Source: Lachnospiraceae bacterium
Lineage (GTDB): Bacteria > Bacillota > Clostridia > Lachnospirales > Lachnospiraceae
Assembly: GCA_050944395.1 (NCBI GenBank)
Contig: JBMNQZ010000003.1
Coordinates: 22,244 to 86,243, forward strand
Length of the DNA: 64,000 bases
Direction: 5' to 3'
Program-made: the position numbers and the translations under genes
Part shown: positions 17,881 through 28,022 of the stretch, in pieces
Layout of the letters: the number at the start of each line of letters is the position of its first letter
Position numbering within the stretch: position 1 is the first letter of the stretch
The notes under the pieces: model-generated
What the model was told of the DNA's origin: nothing
The model's input: only the letters and a program-made list of their open reading frames with translations
Databases searched by the model: none

Positions 17881-18884
17881 TAAAGCTGATTTTGATTCTT
17901 TTGGCAGTTCATCTGCTGGTTTGCCTTGTATGTATCATTCTTAAGGGATCGGATGTTCTGAAGTGTGAATATAATGCAATCTTCATAGAGCTTTTCGTGC
18001 CGGTATTCGGACTGGTAATTCTTCTGTTTCAGTCTCACTGCTACAGAAAAGAAAGAGAAGCGGTTCTTTATACCGGTCTGGAGAAGATGAGGGCTCAGGA
18101 TATCTATAAGAGTATTGATATGGACGATTCGGAAAATGATGATGTTGTCCCGCTGACTGAGACCATCGTTGTCAACGAGTCGAAGGTCCGCAGATCCGCC
18201 ATGATGGAGATACTGTACGATATCAATAAATCTATAAGAATGGAAGATGAGGAGGATGCCATGTCGGTGGTTCCCATCGAGGATGTCTTAAGATTGAATA
18301 CTTCCGAGGAGAAGAGAGCTGTGATCATGAATGTTCTGTACTCAAATCCGGAGTATTATGTGAAGCAGCTTTCGGAGGCGAGGAGCAATGATGATTCCGA
18401 GGTTGTTCACTATGCGGTGACCGCTCTTGTGGAGATCCAGAAGGATTTTGATATCAGGCTTCAGAATATTATCAGAAAAAGACTGGAAGATCCCGATGAC
18501 AGATCATTGATGCTGGAGTATCAGGAAGTACTTGAGAGATATATCGCAAGCGGTCTTTTGTCGGATTCGGCCAGGAAGGTACAGATCCGGAATCTCTCGG
18601 AATTTCTGGATACAAGACTTGAAAGTGAGCCGGACAACTGGAGTCTGAATCTCAAGAAGGCGCAGGCCGATCTTGAACTGGAGGACGGAGACGCCCTTGA
18701 AAATGACAGCAGACGGATCATTGAAAAGTGGCCCGAAAAGGAGAACGGCTATATTTTCCTTATTCTGAGCTGTTCACTTAAGAAAGACCGGGCGGGAATG
18801 GCAGAGATAGTGAAATTGATAGAAAAAAGAAACGTGCATCTTTCTTCGGACGGAGAAGCGGTTCTTCGTTTCTGGGATTTATAG
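17877..18884 (+). CDS. PelE-like membrane-anchored helical-repeat protein
   Basis: Two N-terminal TM helices followed by an acidic helical region. It lies between the pelD-like and pelA-like genes, and its start overlaps the pelD stop. Confidence 0.45.
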   Translation: MIKLILILLAVHLLVCLVCIILKGSDVLKCEYNAIFIELFVPVFGLVILLFQSHCYRKEREAVLYTGLEKMRAQDIYKSIDMDDSENDDVVPLTETIVVNESKVRRSAMMEILYDINKSIRMEDEEDAMSVVPIEDVLRLNTSEEKRAVIMNVLYSNPEYYVKQLSEARSNDDSEVVHYAVTALVEIQKDFDIRLQNIIRKRLEDPDDRSLMLEYQEVLERYIASGLLSDSARKVQIRNLSEFLDTRLESEPDNWSLNLKKAQADLELEDGDALENDSRRIIEKWPEKENGYIFLILSCSLKKDRAGMAEIVKLIEKRNVHLSSDGEAVLRFWDL

Positions 18885-18900
18885 AAAAAAGGAGATTGTT

Positions 18901-20730
18901 TTGGAGTCAGGGTCATTCAGATCTAAGATTACATTTTTGGGAATGCTCGGAACGGCAGCGGTCCTTATAGCGCTCACGGTCGTTCTTATTGCATTGCAGA
19001 ATAATGTAAGATATGAAAAAGGCGATTCTAAAATTGAATATCTTGATGTTGAGAAATCAGAAACGGTAGTGGAAGAGCAGGAGCCATCCACCCTTATAAT
19101 TTACGAGCAGGGTGATACCCAGTCGGAAAACGGAAGGAAATTGATGGAGGACATTCTCTCTCAGATGAAGATTCCGTATGAAGTGTGCAGCGATGCGGGG
19201 AAAGCAGAGTTTGATAAGTATTCCCGCATCGTTCTGGGAGTGACCCATATCCAGCTTATTTCCGATTGTATAACCGATCTCAAAAATTGGGTAAAAGAGG
19301 GCGGCGGACTCATGTTCCTTTACATTCCGGAGTACAGCGGCGTGTTTACCAGCATGTTTAATATGATAGGAGGAAAGGACAGCGGAGGCTCCATATCTGT
19401 GGTGGAAGGGATTCACTTCAATGAGGAGCTTCTGATAGGCAGTACTTTGAAGGATTTCCGGATAACGGATCCTTTTGAATGTTCCATGACAATGTCGCTG
19501 GAGGATGACTGCAGGGTATATATGCAGTCTGACGACGAGTATCCGGTGCCGCTTATCTGGACGCATGAATTCGGCAAGGGAATCGTCGCGGTGGACAATC
19601 TGGGAATTCTGGAAAAATCCTACAGAGGCTTTCACTGTGCGGTATATTCCCTGCTAGGCGATGCCTGCCTGTACCCGGTAATAAACGGATCTGCGTTTTA
19701 CATTGACGATTTTCCGTCCCCTGTTCCCGGGGGCAACGGTGAATATATCACACGGGATTACGGAATGTCGGTTTCCGAATTCTACACCCAGGTGTGGTGG
19801 CCGGATGTCTATAATCTGGCGGAGAAATACGGAATCAGGTACACGGGAATGGTGATCGAACAGTACTCCGATGATGTGAAAGCGCCTTTTAAGAAAAATG
19901 AGGAGACGGAAAGATATAAATATTTCGGAAATATGCTCCTTCAGGAGGGCGGAGAGATCGGTATTCACGGCTATAATCACATGCCGCTTGTGCTGGAAAA
20001 TTTTGATTACGAGGGGCAGTATGACAGCTATAAGCAGTGGAACAGCTATGACGACATGAAAGAGGGGCTTGAGGAGGTCATCTCTTTTGTACGGAGCATA
20101 TATTCGGACAGGACGATCAGTACCTATGTTCCCCCGTCAAATATTCTGTCGGAGGAGGGGCGCGGGCTTATCGCCAATGAGTTTAAGGAAATCAAAGCCA
20201 TTGCATCCGTGTACATAGAAGGTGATCTCGCGCTCGCACAGGAGTTTGACGTGGGTGAAGACGGGATAGTAAATACGCCCAGGATCATTTCAGGCTACAA
20301 CTTAAATGATTTTACGGATATTTCAGCACTTTCCGAGCTGACCTTCCACTATGTCAATACTCATTTCCAGCATCCGGACGATGTTCTTGATGAGGACAGA
20401 GGCGCGGCTCTCGGGTGGACGAAACTGATCGGAAGACTTTCCGAGTATGTGGACTGGCTTTACACCGCTGCGCCGGAGATACGAAATCTCACCGGAGCCG
20501 AGCTGGGAGCCGAAGTGCAGCGATACGACTATATCGATGTTGTAAGGCACGAAGATGAGAACGGAATGAAGGTGCATTTAAATAATTTCTATGATTCTGC
20601 CCAGTTTATTCTGAGGATAAATAACAAAGGCGGTGAGCCTTCGGTTTCGGGCGGAAAAATCACAAAGATCGGGGAGGATCTCTATCTGATAGAGGCCGAA
20701 AAAGAAGATCTGGAAATCTGTTACAGGTAG
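18901..20730 (+). CDS. pelA: PelA deacetylase-domain-like protein (CE4-like/DUF2194-type), membrane-anchored
   Basis: N-terminal TM helix. CE4-like metal-triad motifs FYIDDF and IHGYNH. It sits immediately before pelF. The TTG start is preceded by an AAGGAG RBS. Confidence 0.65.
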   Translation: MESGSFRSKITFLGMLGTAAVLIALTVVLIALQNNVRYEKGDSKIEYLDVEKSETVVEEQEPSTLIIYEQGDTQSENGRKLMEDILSQMKIPYEVCSDAGKAEFDKYSRIVLGVTHIQLISDCITDLKNWVKEGGGLMFLYIPEYSGVFTSMFNMIGGKDSGGSISVVEGIHFNEELLIGSTLKDFRITDPFECSMTMSLEDDCRVYMQSDDEYPVPLIWTHEFGKGIVAVDNLGILEKSYRGFHCAVYSLLGDACLYPVINGSAFYIDDFPSPVPGGNGEYITRDYGMSVSEFYTQVWWPDVYNLAEKYGIRYTGMVIEQYSDDVKAPFKKNEETERYKYFGNMLLQEGGEIGIHGYNHMPLVLENFDYEGQYDSYKQWNSYDDMKEGLEEVISFVRSIYSDRTISTYVPPSNILSEEGRGLIANEFKEIKAIASVYIEGDLALAQEFDVGEDGIVNTPRIISGYNLNDFTDISALSELTFHYVNTHFQHPDDVLDEDRGAALGWTKLIGRLSEYVDWLYTAAPEIRNLTGAELGAEVQRYDYIDVVRHEDENGMKVHLNNFYDSAQFILRINNKGGEPSVSGGKITKIGEDLYLIEAEKEDLEICYR

Positions 20731-20747
20731 AGACTGGAGAGGTTAAC

Positions 20748-22175
20748 GTGAGGATTTGTGTAATACTTGAGGGCTGTTATCCGTATGTGACGGGAGGCGT
20801 TTCGTCATGGATACATCAGTATATGCAGGCAATGCCGCAGCATGAGTTTGTCATCTGGGCTATAGGCGCCGATTCTTCCATAGAGGGGCAGTTTAAATAT
20901 GAATTGCCGGACAACGTGGTTGAAGTCAGGGAGATCTTTCTAAATGATGCCCTGAAGATGAATTATATTCCCAGAAAATACACATTCACTGAAGAGCAGG
21001 TAAAGGTTCTGTATGATTTTCTGAACTGCAGCAGTCCTGAATGGGAAGTTCTGTTTGATATGTACTCAAAAAATGAGATCGATCCGATGGCATTTCTGAT
21101 GAGTGAATCATTTCTTGATATCATCACGGGAATCTGCGAAAAGGAGTGTAAATACACGGCTTTTTCGGATTTTTTCCACACGATCAGGTCGATGCTCCTT
21201 CCTATATTATATATACTCAGCTCCGATGTTCCGAAGGCGGATATTTATCATGCCATAGCAACAGGGTACAGTGGGGTTCTTGCCAGGCTGGGTTCATATG
21301 TAAATCACGTTCCTTATGAGATAACGGAGCACGGTATCTATACCAGGGAGCGCGAGGAGGAGATAATCAGGGCAAGATGGGTGGATCCGGCATTTAAAAA
21401 GCTGTGGGTCAGGTTTTTCTATATGCTCTCCGATGCGGCGTATGAGAAGGCATCCATGATTACAAGTCTCTTTGCCGGGGCAAAGAAAATTCAGATCGAT
21501 ATAGGATGCGACCCGGAAAAATGCACATATATCGGCAACGGGATACACTATGACCGGTTCAGGGATATTAAGCCGAAGGAGGAGAACGGATATATTGACA
21601 TAGGTGCTGTTTTGAGGATCGCACCTATTAAGGACGTAAAGACCATGATATACAGCTTCTCCGAGGCAAAAAAGAGAGTTCCTTCAGCCAGACTCTATAT
21701 TGCGGGTCCGGAGGATGATGAGGAGTACGCAAAGGAGTGCTATGACCTGGTGAAGCAGTTGGGAACACAGGATATTTATTTTCTGGGAACCGTAAATGTA
21801 CTGGATTATCTTGGAAAATTCGATTTTACTATGCTCAGCAGCATTTCCGAGGGGATGCCTCTGGCGGTTCTGGAGTCTTTTGCCGCGGGACGCCCCTGTA
21901 TTACCACCGATGTCGGCTGCTGCAGGGAGCTGATATACAGGACTGCGGAGGATGATGATTTCGGTGAGGCCGGAATAGTTGTGCCTCCCATGCATGTACA
22001 GGCAATGTCCGATGCCATAGTGCGAATGTGCCTTAAAAAGAAAGAAAGGCAGCAGATGGCTGAGGCAGGAAGAAAAAGGGTTGAAAGATATTTTCGTCAT
22101 GAGGACATGATAAGAAAATATCAGGAAGTATATGAAGAGGTTTTCAGAAGATGGCGGGAATCGGATTCAGTTTAA
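20748..22175 (+). CDS. pelF: GT4 glycosyltransferase PelF (DUF3492 N-terminus)
   Basis: The N-terminus MRICVILEGCYPYVTGGVSSWIHQYM matches the PelF/DUF3492 signature. The C-terminal half is GT4-like (ISEGMPLAVLESFAAGRPCITTDVG). Confidence 0.88.
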   Translation: MRICVILEGCYPYVTGGVSSWIHQYMQAMPQHEFVIWAIGADSSIEGQFKYELPDNVVEVREIFLNDALKMNYIPRKYTFTEEQVKVLYDFLNCSSPEWEVLFDMYSKNEIDPMAFLMSESFLDIITGICEKECKYTAFSDFFHTIRSMLLPILYILSSDVPKADIYHAIATGYSGVLARLGSYVNHVPYEITEHGIYTREREEEIIRARWVDPAFKKLWVRFFYMLSDAAYEKASMITSLFAGAKKIQIDIGCDPEKCTYIGNGIHYDRFRDIKPKEENGYIDIGAVLRIAPIKDVKTMIYSFSEAKKRVPSARLYIAGPEDDEEYAKECYDLVKQLGTQDIYFLGTVNVLDYLGKFDFTMLSSISEGMPLAVLESFAAGRPCITTDVGCCRELIYRTAEDDDFGEAGIVVPPMHVQAMSDAIVRMCLKKKERQQMAEAGRKRVERYFRHEDMIRKYQEVYEEVFRRWRESDSV

Positions 22176-23692
22176 GAAAGCTATTCGATAAAAGCGGAGT
22201 ACTGGCGCTGTGCCGCGCATACGGATACGCGGGGGTAATCACCATAGGTCCCATGCTGCTCGGAGTTTTGCTTCTGGTCGGAATGGCGTTTATCTCGAAT
22301 ATCGGCGGACTGGATCCGCATTTAAGAGAGCTGCTCAACTGTATGCTCACTTATACTCTGCTGGGATCTCTGACGGTGACCAGCTGGTTTAATATGGGAA
22401 TAACCAGATTTGTCTCGGATATGCTGTATCAGAAAAAGAATGAAAAGATCATTCCGTCTTTCCACGGAGTGTGCAGCATCATGCTGGTGATAGGAGGCGT
22501 CGGCTACGGAATATTCCTTGCATTTTCCGGGGCAAATCTTATCAGATGCATTCTCTGCCTGTGGCTCCTCATGATCCTTATTATAGTCTGGACGGAAGTG
22601 ATCTATCTGACTGCCATAAAGGATTACAGACAGATAGTTGCCGCGTTTGCCATCTCTTTGATGGCCGGATTTCTCCTTGCTCTCATCTTTATTTTGCTGG
22701 GACTTGTATATCTTGAGACCATGCTTTTTTCGGTGATCGTAGCCTACGGAATTCTGGCTTGCTGGAATTACAGGCTTATGCTTGATTATTTTCCCAGGGC
22801 GGAGGGAAGCAATTTCTCTTTCCTGAGATGGATGGACAAATACCGAAAGCTGGTGCTGGGCGGCGGATTTTTGAATATCGGGCTTTTTTCACACCTTATT
22901 ATCATGTATTTCGGTCCACTGAGGGTTCAGGTCGAGGGACTGTTTTACGGAGCGCCCCAGTATGATGTCCCGGCACTTATCGCTTTCTTCTCGGTGCTTG
23001 TCACCACCGTGGGGTTCGTGACTTCCGTGGAGGTCAGATTTTACCCGATGTACAGCAATTATTACGGGCTTTTTAATGACAGGGGAGCGATCGGTGATAT
23101 AAAGCACGCCGGGGAGGAAATGCTGGCCGTACTGAGAAGAGAGCTGACATTTGTCGGGCACAAACAGATGTTTACGACTATATTATTTATTGTTATCATG
23201 TCCGCGCTGCTACAGACGCTGCCGCTGGGAATGTCGTCGCTTGCCATCAATATTTTCAGGTTTTTATGTGTGGGGTACGGCGCATATGCGGTGGCAAATA
23301 CCAACATGCTTATACTCCTGTATTTTGAAGACTACATGGGTGCTATGACAGGGTGTGCGCTGTTTGCCATAATAAGCACTGCCGGAACCATAGTACAGAT
23401 ATCTGTGGGGGAGGAAGGTCTGTTTGGCTTAAGCTTTATCGCCGGCGCCGTGGTGTTCTATATTTTTACGATATTGAGGCTGGAGTGGTACACCAAAAGG
23501 CTGCCGTATTTCCTGCTTTCCCGCCAGAGTGTTGTTCCGCATCCCGAAAAGGGACTGTTTGCGGCGATCGCCGGAAAGCTTGACAGGAGAGCCGAAAATA
23601 TTAGAGCAAAGAGGGAGGCCGAGCTAATAAGGCTGGCCAGAAGAGAGATGGAAAAACAGGGAATGGATCCGAAAGGAGCGTTAAAGAGTTGA
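22151..23692 (+). CDS. pelG: Pel exopolysaccharide transporter PelG (polytopic membrane protein)
   Basis: It starts MAGIGFSLRKLF, the characteristic PelG N-terminus, and has about 12 hydrophobic segments. It overlaps the pelF end. Confidence 0.85.
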   Translation: MAGIGFSLRKLFDKSGVLALCRAYGYAGVITIGPMLLGVLLLVGMAFISNIGGLDPHLRELLNCMLTYTLLGSLTVTSWFNMGITRFVSDMLYQKKNEKIIPSFHGVCSIMLVIGGVGYGIFLAFSGANLIRCILCLWLLMILIIVWTEVIYLTAIKDYRQIVAAFAISLMAGFLLALIFILLGLVYLETMLFSVIVAYGILACWNYRLMLDYFPRAEGSNFSFLRWMDKYRKLVLGGGFLNIGLFSHLIIMYFGPLRVQVEGLFYGAPQYDVPALIAFFSVLVTTVGFVTSVEVRFYPMYSNYYGLFNDRGAIGDIKHAGEEMLAVLRRELTFVGHKQMFTTILFIVIMSALLQTLPLGMSSLAINIFRFLCVGYGAYAVANTNMLILLYFEDYMGAMTGCALFAIISTAGTIVQISVGEEGLFGLSFIAGAVVFYIFTILRLEWYTKRLPYFLLSRQSVVPHPEKGLFAAIAGKLDRRAENIRAKREAELIRLARREMEKQGMDPKGALKS

Positions 23693-25503
23693 AATTTTTA
23701 AAACGGATTATTTCGATTTTTCTTGTTTTATTCATAGCCGGAGCTATGCTTACCGGATGTGCCGGAGAGAATCTGAAAGACGGTTCGGGAGGAGCCGCGG
23801 AAGGTTCCGGATCAGGGGTTTATTCCCCTGATACCATAACCAGGGATACTTCGGGGTACGAAAAGGAAACTCCCGCGGAAGGAAACATTTCAGACAATAA
23901 CATGCTGTATGCGGATGAGGACGATTCATCCGTTCTTACGATGCATCTCACGGTTTCTTCGGGTAATTCTGCGGATGGGAGCGATCATACCTGGAGAGAG
24001 ATCAATGAGCATTCCGCATATTATTATGACGATCTGGGAATAGACCGCTATCAGACGGAGGGGCTCTTAAGAATTGGCGAGGAAGGCGACGAGGAGACAT
24101 TTGGGTATGACACGGACCTCCCGAATGTGTCTGTCCAGGTCAGGGGGCAGACCTCATCAAAAAATGCCCAGAAGAATTACAAAATAAGGATAAAAAAGGG
24201 ACTGGGGAGCTTTCGTGGCCAGAGAACCCTCAATTTGAATAAACATATGACCATCGCCTACCGATTCAACAATAAGCTGGCGTATGATCTTCTTGAGGAT
24301 ATCCCTCAGCTTATGTCGGCACGCACTCAGTTTGTTCACCTTTATGTGACCGACAATACTCAGGGAGGCTCGGGGCAGGAAGAGGATTACGGTCTGTATG
24401 TGATGGTCGAGCAGATGAACAGGACTTATCTCAGGGAGCATGGCCTTGACGAGAACGGAAGAATGTACAAGGTAAACTTTTTTGAATGGTATACCTATGA
24501 TGAGATCATGGCCGATCCCGAGGACGGAAGCTTCGATCTCGATGCATTTGAGGAATATCTCGAGGTGAAGGGAAGCGATGACCATTCTACCTTGCAGGAG
24601 GTGCTTCTGAAGCTGGAGAATTATCAGATTCCGACAAAGGAGATCGTAGAAGAACACTTTAATGTCGAGAATCTGATGTACTGGGCGGCATTTCAGATAC
24701 TTATCGGAAATTATGACTCGGGAGCCAGAAACCTTTTTATCTACAGTCCGCTTAATTCGGAGCGCCTGTATTTTATAAGCTGGGACATGGACGGTGCGTT
24801 TCAGGAGAGCTATTTTAAGATGAAAAATTATAGTGAGGCCGGATCCTGGGAGCAGGGGATTACCCAGTATACCGGACTTGTGCTTTTCAGGAGAATGCTT
24901 AAAGAGCCCGAGTACAGGGATGCTTTAACTGCGGCAGTGGAGGATCTTTACCGTAATTATCTTACCCGGGAAAAGATCGAATCAAAGGTTAAGACCTATT
25001 CCGGTATTGTAGAGCAGTATCTGTTCCAGGCTCCCGATTCGGAGCGATCCCGGTTTGACACACCCGAGGAATACGAGGCACTGGCGTCTCTTATTCCCGA
25101 TGATATTGATGAAAATTACAGACAGTATCAGGAGAGTTTAAATATGCCCTGGCCGTTCTTCGTGGCGCTTCCGGAAAAGGACCACGGAAAGCTGGTATTT
25201 TCCTGGGAGTCCTCATATGACCCGGGCGGAGAAAGCGTAACATATGATTATGTGCTTGCAAGAGACTATGATTTCACCGATGTTATCACCCGGGGATCAA
25301 AGCTTGATGTTCCAAGCTTCGAGTATGATATGCTGGAACCGGGAGAATATTATTTAAAGGTTGTGGCGGAAAATGAGTCCGGATACAGGGTCGACTGTTT
25401 TGATTATCAGTCTGTATCCGGAAAAGGAAAAAAATATGGGTGCTATAAATTTTATGTACTTGAAGACGGAACTGTTTCGATATATGAGGATGGCGGTGTA
25501 TGA
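23689..25503 (+). CDS. CotH-family (atypical kinase fold) lipoprotein
   Basis: Lipobox LTGCAG. CotH-like blocks include LNLNKHMTIAYRFNNKLAYDL, FVHLYV, NYDSGARNLFIY and YFISWDMDGAF. The C-terminus is Fn3-like. The start overlaps the pelG stop. Confidence 0.8.
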   Translation: MKFLKRIISIFLVLFIAGAMLTGCAGENLKDGSGGAAEGSGSGVYSPDTITRDTSGYEKETPAEGNISDNNMLYADEDDSSVLTMHLTVSSGNSADGSDHTWREINEHSAYYYDDLGIDRYQTEGLLRIGEEGDEETFGYDTDLPNVSVQVRGQTSSKNAQKNYKIRIKKGLGSFRGQRTLNLNKHMTIAYRFNNKLAYDLLEDIPQLMSARTQFVHLYVTDNTQGGSGQEEDYGLYVMVEQMNRTYLREHGLDENGRMYKVNFFEWYTYDEIMADPEDGSFDLDAFEEYLEVKGSDDHSTLQEVLLKLENYQIPTKEIVEEHFNVENLMYWAAFQILIGNYDSGARNLFIYSPLNSERLYFISWDMDGAFQESYFKMKNYSEAGSWEQGITQYTGLVLFRRMLKEPEYRDALTAAVEDLYRNYLTREKIESKVKTYSGIVEQYLFQAPDSERSRFDTPEEYEALASLIPDDIDENYRQYQESLNMPWPFFVALPEKDHGKLVFSWESSYDPGGESVTYDYVLARDYDFTDVITRGSKLDVPSFEYDMLEPGEYYLKVVAENESGYRVDCFDYQSVSGKGKKYGCYKFYVLEDGTVSIYEDGGV

Positions 25504-27266
25504 AAAATAGAATAAAAATCATTTTGTTTTGTGCCGCCGCGGCGGTATCGACTTTCATTCTTGCGGGATGCTCCTTCCCGGGCGTGAGCCAGAACAGGAA
25601 GCTGACCGTGGATGAGGATGAGACTTTTGAAAAAGAGAGTACCGCTGCTGCGGAAATTGCAGATGACCTCAGTCTCTATGAAGGATTTGGTGATGAGGTA
25701 AAGACCGTGTATCTCACGGTCGGCAGGGGAAATGCCGAGGATGGAACGGGTTATTCCTGGAGTGAGGTGAATTCCGCTGCGGAAAATGACGATTTCTGGG
25801 AGGGAAAAGAATATCTTTGCGAGGCCGTACTTCAGTTTGGCGATGAGACTGCACCTCTTCCCGGAGAGTTCGGATATGGGGCGTTGACCGCAAACGCCAC
25901 CGTAAGGCTTCAGGGAAAGAATGCGGCGACAAGACAGCAGAAATCCTACAGAGTGTCCATAAAGGACGGCAGCGGAAATGTAAACGGAATAAAGACGCTG
26001 GTATTTTCCAAGGAGTTCTCGGATCCGCTCAGGTTTACCAATAAGCTGTGCTTTGATCTTATGCAGGGAATCCCGGGAATGATGAGCACCAGGACATCCT
26101 TTGTGCATCTTTATGTAAAAGACAAGTCCGATACCGACGACACGCTGTTTGTGGATTACGGTCTCTACACCATGATCGAGCCGATAAACAAGACTTATTT
26201 TAAAAACCGTAATCTCCCCAAAAACAGTCTTATCTATAAGGCTGAAAATTTTGATTTCGGACGTCATTCCGATGTCATTACTCAGGCTACCGACAGCAGC
26301 TACGATGAAGGTGAGTTTGAGAAGCTGCTGGAGATCAAGGGGGATACGGATCACACCAATCTGATAACGGTTTTGGATGCGGTAAATGACGAAAATGTCT
26401 CTATTTATGAGACGGTCAAAGAATATTTCGATGAGGATAATATCTATGATTATTTGGCCTTCGGACTGCTGACGGGCAATAAAGATGCCTGCCTGGATAA
26501 TTATTATCTTTACAATCCCGTGGGAACCGGAAAATTCTATTTCATTTCCTGGAATAACGGAGGGGCGCTGGATGAGGACTACGAAAATATGACTTCCTCC
26601 TCAGATCCGGAGTTCTGGAAAAAGGGGATTTTCCTGTTTTCGGACAATGTCCTCTTCAGCCGGATTCTGAAGGATGAAAAATGCCGCGAAAAGCTGGCGG
26701 AGCACGTGGATAATCTTTATGAAAATTATCTCACGAAAGAAAAAGTGGCGGAGAAAGCCTCCGATCTTAAAGAGATGGTGAAGGGCCGGATATATTCACT
26801 TCCGGATCTGACCTTTGCCAGAGTTGACGAGGAAACTTACGACAGCATCGCAGCGGGTCTTAGTGATCAGGTGGAAAGGAATTTTTATTCATTCTATGAG
26901 ACGCTTGAGCTTCCGTGGCCTTTCCATATAAAAGAGCCGGAAGGAAACGGCGGAAAAATCACCATAAACTGGGAGTCGGCGTTCCTTTACGGCGGAGAAG
27001 CCTCATATGATGTTGCGGTTGATGACGCCTGGGATTTCCAAAGTCCGATAATAAATGAGAAGGGCATGAAGGGAACGAGCCTGGACATAGGCAGCTTAAG
27101 TGAGGGACAGTATTTTGTAAAAATAACCGCCGTTTCGGGTGCGGGCGAGACAGCCGCACGCGAGTACTACAATACAGAGAAGAAGACAATGGTAGAGGGA
27201 ACATTGTGTTTCTATGTATTAGCCGACGGAAGTGCAAGGGCGCTTTACATGTATGATGAGGGGTAG
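25500..27266 (+). CDS. CotH-family lipoprotein (paralogue)
   Basis: Lipobox ILAGCS. It has the same block structure as the preceding gene (FVHLYV, YFISWNNGGAL). ATGA overlap with the upstream gene. Confidence 0.8.
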   Translation: MKNRIKIILFCAAAAVSTFILAGCSFPGVSQNRKLTVDEDETFEKESTAAAEIADDLSLYEGFGDEVKTVYLTVGRGNAEDGTGYSWSEVNSAAENDDFWEGKEYLCEAVLQFGDETAPLPGEFGYGALTANATVRLQGKNAATRQQKSYRVSIKDGSGNVNGIKTLVFSKEFSDPLRFTNKLCFDLMQGIPGMMSTRTSFVHLYVKDKSDTDDTLFVDYGLYTMIEPINKTYFKNRNLPKNSLIYKAENFDFGRHSDVITQATDSSYDEGEFEKLLEIKGDTDHTNLITVLDAVNDENVSIYETVKEYFDEDNIYDYLAFGLLTGNKDACLDNYYLYNPVGTGKFYFISWNNGGALDEDYENMTSSSDPEFWKKGIFLFSDNVLFSRILKDEKCREKLAEHVDNLYENYLTKEKVAEKASDLKEMVKGRIYSLPDLTFARVDEETYDSIAAGLSDQVERNFYSFYETLELPWPFHIKEPEGNGGKITINWESAFLYGGEASYDVAVDDAWDFQSPIINEKGMKGTSLDIGSLSEGQYFVKITAVSGAGETAAREYYNTEKKTMVEGTLCFYVLADGSARALYMYDEG

Positions 27267-27269
27267 GAT

Positions 27270-28022
27270 ATGAGAAAAAGGGTGTACAGAAATGAATGGA
27301 AATACCTGATATCGTATCCCGAGGCAAGGCTTCTTATGGACAGACTGAAGCCGTTTATGCATCTTGACGCGCATGCTTCCGACGGAGGATACCTTATAAG
27401 AAGCCTGTATTTTGACGACTGGAAAAACACGGCGTACGAAGAAAAGATTATGGGTACGATGAACAGAGTGAAGTGGAGGATAAGGATATATGATTATTCC
27501 GATAAAACCATAAACCTTGAGCGGAAGAAAAAGTCCGGGAGCTATATTTACAAAGAATCCGCACGCATAACAAGAGAGGATTTTGAGAGGATCCTGGACA
27601 ATGATTTTTCTTTTCTGCTCGATAAGGATGAAAATCTTTGCCGTGAATTCTATTTTGAGTGTATGTCGAAGGTCATGAGGCCGAAGGTTATCGTGGATTA
27701 TGAACGAGTTCCGTATGTTTTGGATGAGGGAACCGTGAGAATCACTTTCGACAGCGACGTGAGGGCGGCATACGGGAGCTTTGACATTTTTGATCCGACG
27801 CTTCCCGCTATGTATGTTCTTGAGCCTGAGAAGCTTGTTCTTGAGGTTAAATATACGGAATTCCTGCCGGACATCATAAGGCAGCTGCTGCCGCTTAGGG
27901 GGCAGGAGTTCACCGCGTTGTCGAAATATACTACCTGTTATGAGAAGGTACACCATCTGACGGATATTACATCGGGTGTTTCAAAGTCAATATTGCGAGG
28001 GAGAATCAGAGATGAGCATTAA
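27270..28022 (+). CDS. VTC (polyphosphate polymerase/triphosphate-tunnel) domain protein
   Basis: N-terminal YRNEWKYLI, with LERKKK and LEVKYT strands typical of CYTH/VTC tunnel folds. About 250 aa, the usual size for bacterial VTC proteins. Confidence 0.7.
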   Translation: MRKRVYRNEWKYLISYPEARLLMDRLKPFMHLDAHASDGGYLIRSLYFDDWKNTAYEEKIMGTMNRVKWRIRIYDYSDKTINLERKKKSGSYIYKESARITREDFERILDNDFSFLLDKDENLCREFYFECMSKVMRPKVIVDYERVPYVLDEGTVRITFDSDVRAAYGSFDIFDPTLPAMYVLEPEKLVLEVKYTEFLPDIIRQLLPLRGQEFTALSKYTTCYEKVHHLTDITSGVSKSILRGRIRDEH

